The notes under the pieces were generated by a model, which worked only from the letters and a program-made list of their open reading frames with translations, searched no databases and was not told the DNA's origin. Shown here one piece after another: positions 13,790 to 25,480 of a stretch of DNA of 64,000 nucleotides. Every line of letters starts with the position of its first letter. The first letter of the stretch is position 1. The translations under genes were made by a program, and so were the position numbers. This DNA is from Octopus sinensis (Eukaryota). Where the stretch lies: contig NC_043000.1 of assembly GCF_006345805.1 (NCBI RefSeq), forward strand, positions 126,914,001 through 126,978,000, given 5' to 3'.

Positions 13790-14735
13790 ACTTTTTCTTT
13801 TGTCAGTCACAATGCTTATGTTGAATATGACATTTAAGTCCAGCCAACGATTTGCATAGAAGGCCACAGATGCTGCAAGTATGAGGATTACAGGTCAATG
13901 CAGGTGGTATATTAGCAGCCGCTTTTGTCCTTTTCCTTGCACCCCGAAGTCTGTTAATGGTGGTTGCAACAAAGTTTCTAATACCATTTTGACACAACGA
14001 TCTCCAGTTTGTTCGTTCCAAGGCTGTTCGCTCAAAGGTGTTGTCAGCTATCTTCAGTTGTAAGAGGCTACTCTTCAGCTTGTCTTTATATCTGAGCCAT
14101 GGTTGACCAACATTCCTGAGGACTTTGGGTATTCTTTCATCACTCATTCTGATGACATGGCTAACCCAGTGCAACTGCAACTGCATAAGGAAGCTCTTGA
14201 TTCCACCAATCTTACATTTGCTAAATAGGTCAGTCTTAGAAACTCTGACTTTCAGTGAATAACCACAGATTGTCCTGAGACAGTCTTTTTGGAAGATGTC
14301 TAGTTGGTTAATGTGTCGTTTATAGGGTATCCACAATTCAGAGCCATACAAGAGAGTAGTAAGAATGGCAGCTTTATAAACCTGTACTTTGGTGTCAAGT
14401 TTAATGCCCATTCATTCCACAGGCAATGACAGTTTGCCAAATGTGTTGGTTGCCTTTGCAAAGATGGTTGATGATTTCAGCATCAAGGGAAGTGCTTGAA
14501 TTCCCTTTACTACCAAGATATGTAAATGACTTGACATAATTTAGGTTTTTCTCATCAACCTGTACAGGAGTTTCAGGAAAATTGTGAACCAGTGGCCTCT
14601 CTTTGACACTTAGAATTTGCTTAGGAGTATGGCAAGGTCGGTGGATTACTTCCATCTTCTATATGCTGATGGTCAAACCAAAGGCTTTATTTGCAGCAGA
14701 AATCTGATCTAAAAGTTCCTGAGCTTCCTCTAAGG
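13790..14735 (-). mobile_element. 5'-truncated RTE-clade LINE (RT C-terminus plus C2H2 zinc finger), frameshifted
   Basis: AFGLTISI, YVKSFTYLGS, TKVQVYKAAILTTLLYGSELW, QLHWVSHVIRMSDERIPK, CSICGLLCKSLAGLKCHIQHKH. Frameshift near 14400-14460. Confidence 0.88.
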
Positions 14736-15884
14736 TGTGTATATATATATATACACACACACGCTTATATATATATGAAAAATAAAGTTCTTATGCGTAT
14801 TTCACCATTATTGTTGTTTGGAACCCTATGGTAGATGTTTTGGTTGTATACACAATTTCTACTATATATATACATATATATATATATACACACACACATA
14901 TATATATATATATATACAAGAAATGGTGTGTACAAAGTAAATGTACAACTGGAAAATCTATCTTTCTAGACATTACATGCCTATGTATGTATGTACTATA
15001 TGTGTATGTGTGTGTTTCTTCATGATTGTCCTTGCCATGGTTTGACAACAAGAACTGGTTTGTTTACATCCCTATAACAGTAAAAGAGATGGATAGAGTA
15101 AATACGAGACTTAAAAATAAATACTGGGGTTGACTTAGTTCATCAAACCCTTCAAGGTGGTGCCCTAGCATGGCAGCAGTACAATAAGTGGAAGAAGCAA
15201 AAGATAAAAAATAAAAAGTGTGCGTTACAAATCAATGTCTTTTTCTTTTCGTGCCTCTCATTATTGAAACACTACTTCCTATAAATTCAAGATTTAAAAA
15301 GTGAAAATATCACAGTATAATGATTATACAGCTGCTTATCATTTAGAGAGCACCAACTGAATCCCAGGATACTTTCTCTGATAATTAAACAAGTATTTCT
15401 TCATAAGACAAGAAATACGAAGAGTCGAGTATCATTTCATATGTCAATACTACACTCTGTGGGGAATTTTTCAATAATTAACCAATACTTTGAACTGTGG
15501 CATTCCGTTCAGATATGTTTTTCTTTTTCAGACATAAATCTGTCAGATAAGCCATACCTGAAAACAAAGGCAATATTAATTAAATTCTATCATGATAGCA
15601 GGAACTGTTAGTTAATCAATATAACATTATATAACAGATGGTCATAACATTAGATGAATACCTTTACTGGGAAATTTAATTATCTATCTACATGATTATA
15701 CATGTATAATCATTTTTTGATGAATCTTCATGTAATTAGTGTCATTCTTACGGTGGCCTTTTCCATTGATCTGTTTTAATTAACTAATAGGAAAGTTTCC
15801 ACTGCAAGACAGAATATTCCTTAATTCTTCCTCTCTCGTTTGCTTCTGAAAACCATGTCAAAATATATTTGTTTATTGATATAC

Positions 15885-15943
15885 ATGCATATACATACAT
15901 ACATATATATATATATATATGTGTATGTATGTATATATATATT

Positions 15944-16027
<84 letters not shown>

Positions 16028-16039
16028 CATATATATATA

Positions 16040-16091
<52 letters not shown>

Positions 16092-16270
16092 TTACACACA
16101 TGTATATATATATATATATTTATATTTACACACATGTATATATATATATATATATATATATCTATATTTACACACATATTTATGTATATATATATATGTC
16201 TATATATATATACAAACACACATACATGCATATACACATATATATGCATGTATGTATGTATGTATATCCC
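15885..16270. repeat. Compound (TA)n microsatellite
   Basis: Direct reading; source of the IYIY pseudo-ORFs. Confidence 0.9.
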
Positions 16271-16803
16271 TCTCTGTCCATTTATATCTATGACACATAA
16301 AGTGTTTGTGTTTTCAAGCGAAAATCCTAATTATTTAATGCACGCCTGTATTAACACTTATACACATGATGGCCTTCCATGCAGTTTCCATCTACTAATT
16401 TTACTTGCAGAGAATTGGTTGGTCAGAGGTGCATGTAGAAAATACTTGTCCAAGGTGCCAGGCAGTAGGATTGAACCTAAAACCACATAGTTGGGAAGCA
16501 AACTCCTTAACCACCAAGCAGAGATAAATTACAGAAGTCAATATGTAAATGTAGACTACTCTTTAATATATTATAATGGGGAAGGACCTAAACTGTAGTA
16601 GAAGCAGCAGCAGCAGTTCATGAAATTTCTATGTAACTCTTATTGATGTAATAAATGTCTCCATGATCCTGAGAAACTTGTTACACTGACACATGCCTCT
16701 AAGTTTCATGGAGATAAGTCGATGAGAGATGACCCTTTCCACTACATATATGTATGTATTTATACACACACACATATATATAAATGCCATCTGCTATAGA
16801 ATC

Positions 16804-16837
<34 letters not shown>

Positions 16838-16863
16838 GTATATATAAACACCATCTGCTATGG

Positions 16864-16915
<52 letters not shown>

Positions 16916-17349
16916 TATATACATATATAATCAAATGCTATAGCAAATGGCATTTCCAGAAACACCTTGAACCTCTTTATCTGAGATTAACAGTGGCATT
17001 CAGAATTAAGAGATGGGCAGAGATAAAACAAAATGAAGATATAAGTGTGTTACAACTCAGTGATCTGAAGCCTGTACTTTATCCAGTCGTTCCATAAGCC
17101 AGCACACCTCTTTACATTGGTAAATATACTCATGCTTACAAATACAGACACAAATGCATTTTTAATCAGCTGTAATGCACAAATGCATTTTTAATCAGAT
17201 GTAAGGGCAGTGAGTTTTATACGCGACACATTTCAAACTAACCTATATATATAAACACACACACACATACATACATACATGCATACATACACATATATAA
17301 TTTCCCTTTGTGTAACGGTCATTTCCATAGCATTTTTTCCGATGGCCAT

Positions 17350-17408
17350 ATAACTGAAGAGATGGTGGTGTGGATTTCCACTTTGGCATCCGAAACTCGG
17401 AGTTTTAT
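17350..17408 (+). ncRNA. Hammerhead motif
   Basis: ATAA CTGAAGA GATG...CATC-C GAAA CTCGGAG TT TTAT. Stems I-III can be drawn with one bulge in stem II. Confidence 0.55.
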
Positions 17409-17508
17409 CATGGCTACCGAATAATTGTCACATTTATAGATAAATTCTTCTATTTACATAATATCGAGGTCTCTTTCTTTCTTTTGTTGTCTTACCATTT
17501 TTATCAAT

Positions 17509-17547
<39 letters not shown>

Positions 17548-17651
17548 CCGGAGTAAACACATAAATGTGAAACAAGGTGGAAAAAAGAGTACTCAAATAC
17601 CAGGGGTAGAGTAATATGCTTTATTTAAAAGCAGCAGAAATTCAACAAAAA

Positions 17652-17689
17652 CTGTCCGACGAACGGGAACGTGAAACTCTCAGTAACAG
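17652..17689 (+). ncRNA. Hammerhead-like motif (U4C) at apex of a perfect 32-bp inverted repeat
   Basis: CTGT CCGACGA ACG-ggaa-CGT GAAA CTCTCAG TA ACAG. Flanking arms 17619-17650 and 17691-17722 are exact reverse complements. Confidence 0.55.
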
Positions 17690-17939
17690 GTTTTGTTGAA
17701 TTTCTGCTGCTTTTAAATAAAGTATATATATATATATATGACAGGCTTCTCTGCCTAGTTTCAATTTACTGAAATTTTGACAAAAGGTTATAGGGTATGG
17801 ATTAATATATATAGAAGATGGAAACTGGGGAATCTCACTGAATTTAGGTACAAGTGTGACTCTGGTTAAAACGCTTGCATTGCAACCATGTGGTTTCAGG
17901 TTCAGTCCCACTTTGTGGAAGCTTGTTTTATACACATAT

Positions 17940-17978
<39 letters not shown>

Positions 17979-18142
17979 TGTTTTGGTATCCAGAAGACCC
18001 AAAAGACAGCTAAGGCTATCTAAGTGCTATGGAAGGATCGCTGTTAAGCTTCTGTTTCAATAATAGCATGAGTAAGAAGTCTAAATGAGGTCGTGTGTGT
18101 GTATATGTTAAATAAAATAAAATAAGATAACAAGGCCAAGGC

Positions 18143-18382
18143 AATTTGATATTCCCAAGACATTTATAAATAGAAAGGTGGTCTTATAGCTGTTTCAGGG
18201 AAATAAATGGTACCCCATCATCAGAGACGAGTTAAAAGAGCTTCAATAGAAGGAATTAGTAGAGTTTACTAATTCCTTCTATTGAAGCTCTTTATACTTG
18301 TCTCTGATGGGATAACATTTATTTCCCTGAAACAGCTGTAAGACAACCTTTCTATTTATAAATGTCCTAGGAATATCAAATT
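18143..18382. repeat. ~240-bp near-perfect palindrome with a degenerate hammerhead in each arm
   Basis: Arms mirror around ~18263. Minus strand 18181-18228 reads GTCT CTGATGA...CCCT GAAA CAGCTATA AGAC; plus strand 18300-18344 reads GTCT CTGATGG...GAAA CAGCTGTA AGAC. Confidence 0.75.
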
Positions 18383-18481
18383 TCTTTTTTTTTTCATAAG
18401 TCTGGTACTTATTCTGTTGGTTCTATTTGCTGAACTGCTAAGTTATGGGAGATGTACACACAGCAATACCATATATACATA

Positions 18482-18679
18482 CAGGATGCGGCAGAAATAC
18501 CCCCCGCATTTTAAACTTTCACCTATGTGTTGCTAATGAACTTATGCAAGTGCCAATGATGTTTTCATTTAGCTAATGAACAAAAACCGTAACCCTTTCT
18601 TTAAACAACAGTAAAAATGATTTTTCATAAATGTTGTTTCTTTTTCCTTTTGACAATCTTTCAAATGTGCCACACCCTG
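18482..18679. mobile_element. Short Tc1/mariner-type MITE
   Basis: TA|CAGGATGCGGCA ... TGCCACACCCTG|TA. Confidence 0.55.
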
Positions 18680-19653
18680 TACAACACACATATACACATA
18701 TATAAATATATACACACACATATACATAAATATATATATGTATATACACACAGATATATATGTGTGTATGTATGAATGTTTGTCTGTCTATCTCCCACCA
18801 TCAGTTGACAACTGGAGTTGGTTTGCTTACATCTCCATAACTTAGCAGTTCGCCAGAAGATACTGACAAAGTACCAGACTTAACAAAAATAAGTATAGTG
18901 GTTGATTTTTATGACTAAACCCTTCAAGGCAGTGCCTCAGCATAGGTATGGTTCAATGACTGAAACAAGTAAAAGATAAAAGGTGTGTGTGTAAAATGTA
19001 AAATTCTTTGTGAAAGGGAAATGTATTAAAGGGATGAAACCAAATGAGGAATTTAGTCAATTAATAGATAGTGGTCCATAAAATGTTTACCATACTAAGT
19101 TTTGGGACTAAAATCCTTAAAAGCAGTAATCTATCAGGGCCTTAGTCAAATGGCTAAAATTGGCAAAAGCAAAAATGAATGTGTTTGCATGTGTACCTGC
19201 AGACATTATACTTGCATATATATACAAACACACACACGCGCACGCACACACATATATATATACATGTGAGCACATATATGTAAAGCAAGGTGGGAAAATA
19301 GCACTGAAATATCAAAGGTAGAGCAAAATGATATTTTATTGAAGTGGGGAAAACTTCGCAAATCATGAGACAGTCATGAGTATTTAGACCAATACTGCAG
19401 TAGCAAAAGCTGTAAATACTCACAACTACCTGATGATCTGTTACATGTAACTCTGAATGACAGTTTGTGAGGTTTTTCAGCTTTAATATAATACTATATA
19501 TATAAACACTATAGTAATAAAATACTATATATATAAACACACATATATATATATATATGTTATATATAATATGTGTGTGTGTATATATATATTTTAGGAA
19601 ATAAAAGAGAAAAAAATTAGGGTTTAACAGTTTGTACTCATCTTTTATTGTGC

Positions 19654-19705
<52 letters not shown>

Positions 19706-22211
19706 TAAAACATGAGTACAAACTGTTAAACCCCAATTTTTTTTCTCTTTAATTTCCTAAAAAATTCTTTTTGATATTTGATGAGATGGATACATCGAAA
19801 CTGGTTATATTTTAAATCAGTCATGGTTAGCAAAAATACTGAACATTCTCTAAAATATACTTCTGTGCTTTTTCCAACTTTATTTACATTTTTAACCATA
19901 ATTTTTTATTTGTATGGACTCGTATGTATGTATGTATGTATGTATGTGTGTGTATGTATGTATGTATGTATGTATGTATGTATGTATGTATACACACAGC
20001 CATTTGTGCATGTGTACAGAAATTAAATATGTTCTTGTCAAACATGATGTATATAATTGTAAATCTTAGAATATTTCTGAAGATTGCATGAATATGTTTT
20101 TGTATGGAATTTTAGTTTTCTTTCATTGCAACAATGAAATCATTAAGTTTAGGAACAGCAAATTCATTGGAATTCATTGTAATACATCAATTTTGGCAGC
20201 AAGATTATTATAGAACTTTAATGAATACGAAATAAAGCATTTATATATACACTACTGAAATGATTTTCTATCATAATGAAGTTGTCAATGTTAATTGTAT
20301 GAATTGAAATTCATGGTTATGTATACCACAAGCAACATTACCAGAGAGAATAGCATGAATGAACCACAGCAAAACTTGTTACTTACCTATTTATTTTACA
20401 AGCTATGTTTATGTGAAATAATGAAATGATTGAATTCTGAGTGTATTCAATAACACCTTCTTGCTATTGTGAAGCCTCTCATGCAAATGTAAAAGTGGGA
20501 TTAAAGCCACCTTCAAAAATTAAAACTACAAAGCCAAAATGGTTTCATCCAAGGAAAATCGATTATATAAAGTACTTTAAAAAAAAAAAATAAAACACTT
20601 TGCAAAGCATCTAAAAAAATATGTGGTTTGGGAAAGAGATAAAAAAAAAGCCATACAACCCAAAGGATTAAAGAAATATAATTAAATTAATAAGCACGAA
20701 GAGGCTGTAGCAAGTCTTGGCAAGAATAACTACTCTTGGTTGTTTGCAATTGTCTTGGTTGTTTGCAAAGGTTCAATGACAAATGAGATAAAATAGAAAG
20801 AATATTAAAAAGAAAAGAAAAGGAAAGAAAAAAGGAAATTAGTTCTAATCTTTAATTCTCTAAGAAAGATAAATAAATTTTTCTTTTTTTTTTCATTTCT
20901 TCAATTAATAAAGAGCTGATATACCAACAAGGAAGGAAGGAAGCTTTGTCTAATCTCCTAAAAATATCAATGGGGGGAACTAAGGATTGAGACCCTTCTA
21001 AAGGTCTATTGATCTGTCTTTGGGTAGAGCAAACAAGACTTAAAAACTAAATCTACTTGTGTTATTAATAGTGACAAGGAAAGATAGAGTGCGATTAAAA
21101 AAATCAGGAAGGGGGCCATCTTGAGAAGCTTTTGACAGCATGATTATCAAAGGAAGTACAACTGTACAGTTTCATGTAATTGTGTTTTTTTTCCTGTATT
21201 TATTGACTTAGTAGGGAAAAAATGAATTTCTCATATCCTATTAATTATATTTCCTTATTTATTGATTCAATGAGAAAAAAATAAACAGCTCTTTGCTTAT
21301 CAATGTTTATATGAAATAAAACAAAGATGAAATTGAATGTAGATAGTGAATTTAATACTGAATGTTATGTAAGTTGAAATAAATATGTGGGCTGAATACA
21401 GTTTGTGACACTGGTTGTGTTTCCTTGATTTATAACTATTAAAAGTTCTTGGTGAAGAAACAAAGGTTCACACATGACATTGGTTATTTCAATGAGTTGT
21501 TTGCAGATTTCCTCAATTGTTGCATGGTTTTTGACATTGCACCCAAAGTACTGAATTCTGTAAAATGGAACTCACAGTGTGTTGCTATTTGATAATATTT
21601 GTCATCGCATTGTCCTGCCTGTGTGGCAGTGATAGATCTATTAATCAATGAGAGTATATAATATGTGTTTGTACAAGTAAGTCCACCACAGGGGTGTATC
21701 ATATGAGCAATAAGTTCCATCTCCATATAATAGCCTTCCTTTTAGTTCATTATAGGATTGAATTACAGAAGAGAAGAGAATATAAAACAGTAAAGTGTCT
21801 TTTCCACCTGCAAGTGAATTCTTGTTACTTAAAGAAATATTTCAAGCAAATGTAACCTTTCAATTAATTTTCCAGAACTCTAAATACTTGTTAAATATGC
21901 TGAGATTTGAATTCAATATAAACTGGATGCAACTCAAATATATAAGCAATAAAAATTAAAGACAATTTTCTTTTCCTTTACACAAATCATTCATATACTT
22001 TAAAACTGATGACATTCTTATAGTTTAGACAGTCTCAAATATGAATGCTTCACTTCTAAATATAAGCTAAAAATGGATATAAACTGCCAAGTCTTCTGAC
22101 AATATACTAATACCTTACTGGCTCAACCAGCTTGAATTCTTGGAACACAGCCAATCTAAAATTCTATAAATGATTGAAGTTTAGAAAACTTTTTCACTTT
22201 CCAGGTCTTAC

Positions 22212-22394
22212 CTGTAGATGAAGCTCTCTGTCTTTGATGCCAACTTCAAGAGTATGAACACGATCATTAAAGACAGAGAGAGTGGTGTTGATGGCTTGGA
22301 GTCCCTGAGGATCAATTGATCTGGAAACATTCTCTGACAAGTTGTTAATTTGATCGATTTTGTTTTTCAGATTATTAAAATCTTGTAAAATGGC
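22212..22394 (-). CDS. Internal coding exon 7, spectrin helices B-C
   Basis: gccag acceptor, CAG/gtaaga donor, 183 nt, phase 0. Reads AILQDFNNLKNKIDQINNLSENV...VFNDRVHTLEVGIKDRELHLQ. Confidence 0.88.
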
Positions 22395-22716
22395 CTGGCA
22401 ACAAAAGGAAGCAGATATAAAATTAAATATTTATTAATAAATCTCAGAATGATTAAAACTAGGAATATTAAAGTCAGTTGATTAGAGATATTGTACATAA
22501 TATAAACTGATAGAACACTAGACTTGAAACTATCGGATAGAAAGTTCAAGTTTTTCCTTTAAATTTAAGTATCAATTGATTAAATTGTAAAACTGCTTAC
22601 ACATACACAAACATACATATGAACAGTAACATAGACAGACACACAAGCATATACACACACCATTATTGAGTATAACTTCAGTGATAATCTTCAAAAAGAA
22701 TAAAAGCAACACTTAC

Positions 22717-22881
22717 ATTGTGTTCAATAATGTGAGTCTCTATATTCAGATGGGATACTGATGGCTGCAAGCAAAGTTTGGTGTTAAGCAGATGCAGTTT
22801 ACTGCTTATGTCTTGTATTAATCTTTGATATTCTTTTTGTTCTTCGGAGAGAGATAGTTGTACTTCCTTCTTAGTGTACAG
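22717..22881 (-). CDS. Internal coding exon 6, spectrin helix A
   Basis: tgcag acceptor, AAT/gtaagt donor, 165 nt, phase 0. Reads LYTKKEVQLSLSEEQKEYQRLIQDISSKL...IIEHN. Confidence 0.85.
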
Positions 22882-24642
22882 CTGCACAGTAACAAAACAA
22901 AGAAAAATCTTAAATATATAGATTATAGAAATATATTTTTTCTCAACCTCAAGAAAAGTAGGTTGTTCAGTTTAGAGATAACATGATCTCAATATTATAT
23001 GGTTAACAAACTTACATGGTTATCTTTTTACAGTAGAGAGAAAATGGCAAAGTGGAAAAAGTATTAGACTATTAACTCATGCGTCTTGAGTTTAAAATTT
23101 GCTGCAGATTTTTTGTCAGCTCTCTGGGCAGTAAACCTAAGGCTAATTGCCACAATTAACTAAGATACAAAGCAAATATATTGAGTATATCAGTACATTC
23201 TTTAAAGTGGCTGGTAATAAGAAGGGCATCCAGCTGTAGAAACCAAGCCAAAACAGATTATGGAATCTAGTGCAGCCCCAGCTGGCCTTGCCAGCTCCTG
23301 TCAAGCCATCCACCCCGTGCCAGCATGAAAAACAGATGTTAAATGATGATGATACAATCTTCTTGGCATATCCACTACAATAAACTGACAGCTCAACTTG
23401 GGATTGTCAGGGTTGGGGTTCATCTACTTAGAATTATAACACAGGAACTAGATCACAGTCTTATGAGTAAGAGTTGGATGATTCTAGTAATACATTTATT
23501 GTTATCTTCTTACAGATATATTATAAATGGTAATAAAACAAAAAGCCAGCAAGACTTTCATTAATTTTTTTGTTACCATATTTTCCTGTGCCGGTCCCAC
23601 ATAAAAGTGCTCATACCAGTACTGCATTAAAAGCATCCAACATACATTATAAAGTGGTTGACATTAGGAAGAGCATCCAACCATAGAAACCCTACCAAAT
23701 TGGACAGGAACCTGGTGCAGCTCACCAGCTTGCTAGCTGTGGTCAAACCGTCCAACTCATGCCAACATGGATAATGGACATTAAAGGATGATGATGATGA
23801 TGAAGATGATAATGATGATGATTTCCGTTGAGACACACTGCCTTGTTTCAATTAGTTTTAAAAACCATAATGAATTTTGTAAAATAACATTGTCATTATT
23901 AAACTGATGTTTGGAATGTAAATTAACATGAAATTTTGAAGGTTTTAAATTAGATGACATTAGAAAGGATGTCTGTGTGATAGAACCAGGGATGGTTCCA
24001 AGCAGGTGGGTATAAAAATAGTTAACGATTATAAGCTGTTTGTTTCTTTATTTTGTTTCTTTATTAAAATAGCAAAATTAAAAGTTTCTGAAAATAACAG
24101 TATTTACAAACTTATCGGTTCTAATTTCCTGTAACAAAACATCAAACTTTGCTCTAAATATTGATTTTAAAAGAATCCCATTATCTTTCATGCCTTAGCT
24201 TAAATAGATGAATGCAAATACTGCCACCCTGATACCATCATCATTTTACATCTGCTTTTCATACTGGCATAGGTCGGATGGGTCGTCATGGCCTGAGTCA
24301 CCACCTACTACGAAGCTTGGTGCAGTCCTCTGGCTTGCCAGCTCATCTGTCAAGCCATCCAACCCATGCCAGCATGGAAAACAGACGTGAAATGATTATG
24401 GTGATGATGATTAATCAGTGTTAAAGAACACAAAAATGTATCAGCAGCAGCTGAAAATCGCCCACCACCACTGCTGAACAATTTTCATCTACTTATACAT
24501 TTTTTGTGGTTTTTAACACAAAATTTCTCCAAGAGATGCTATCTCAAGACTAACGGTGAAGTTAATTAGACTTCCAATGATTATCTACTTTAAATATGAT
24601 GCTATAGTAAAGATATTCTTTAATTTAACCTTCATAACTTAC

Positions 24643-24735
24643 ATTGACATCTTTCCTAATGACTTTGTCTGAATCCTCTTTTGAATTTTCTCCATCTGAG
24701 GTATCATATATACCAATTGGTGATGGTCTATTTTC
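24643..24735 (-). CDS. Internal coding exon 5, short linker exon
   Basis: ttttag acceptor, AAT/gtaagt donor, 93 nt. Open in phase 0 as ENRPSPIGIYDTSDGENSKEDSDKVIRKDVN. Below the ORF-track length cutoff. Confidence 0.72.
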
Positions 24736-25002
24736 CTAAAATAGTTAAGTTACCACTATAAGACTCAGCAGATAAAACATGACAAAAGAATAAATAAATA
24801 AAAATAAAACACACACACACAATTAATTTCAGAAATATAAAAAATAATTCCTTTTATATTTAAAGTACACAGCAACATCAGTTACATCATAAGTGTTTTG
24901 TAAACTATTTGTTTGTTTAAGGATGTATGATATATGTTCTATTATTTCACCTTGACAAGCAATTTAAGGTTATCCTTTCATGTTATGTTTTAAAAATTTA
25001 AA

Positions 25003-25480
25003 ATATACGGGATGAAAATTAAAAAGTTGCGGTTAACTGTTGTGCTCACAAAATCTATATTAAGTATCAGTAAGTTAGTTGAGCTTATCTATAGGACTAT
25101 TGCAGAGAAGGAAGATTATCATACAATGTGTCAGTTGGAATCTAATTTCAGATCTAAGAGGATAACAGTCTGGTACTGTTTATATCAGTGGTTCATGCAC
25201 CATGTTTGGAATCTGTTAAAGCTTATGCATTATTGGAATTTGTTTAGACATGCCATAATTCCACATATAAACCACACCTTCTCACACTTAGACACATATA
25301 CACACATGATATATAATACTTGCACATTATTCCTCTCCTGATTTAACAGACTGATGTTGCTACAATTATTACTATGTTATTTCTACTGTTTGTAGGTAAT
25401 TGCTTCCGGTGTCCAATAACTGGATGCCTTTGAGATGACAACAAGTGACCAGGGCCTATCTTTCATCTATTCTCCCCAGT
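25003..25480 (+). mobile_element. Very degenerate mariner 5' remnant
   Basis: TATACGGGATGAAAATTAAAAAGTTGCGG TIR-like start and a decayed DD..S.RP-like motif near 25430-25460. Confidence 0.35.

Noticed and set aside
15821-16490. Long ORFs rich in IYIY/YIYI, also at 5998-6285, 8057-8625, 31084-32185 and 53188-53394
   Set aside because: Translations of (TA)n/(CA)n microsatellites that lack stops by composition.
24643-24735. Second open frame in exon 5 (KIDHHQLVYMIPQMEKIQKRIQ...)
   Set aside because: Incompatible with the phase-0 neighbours; a short exon can be open in two frames by chance.
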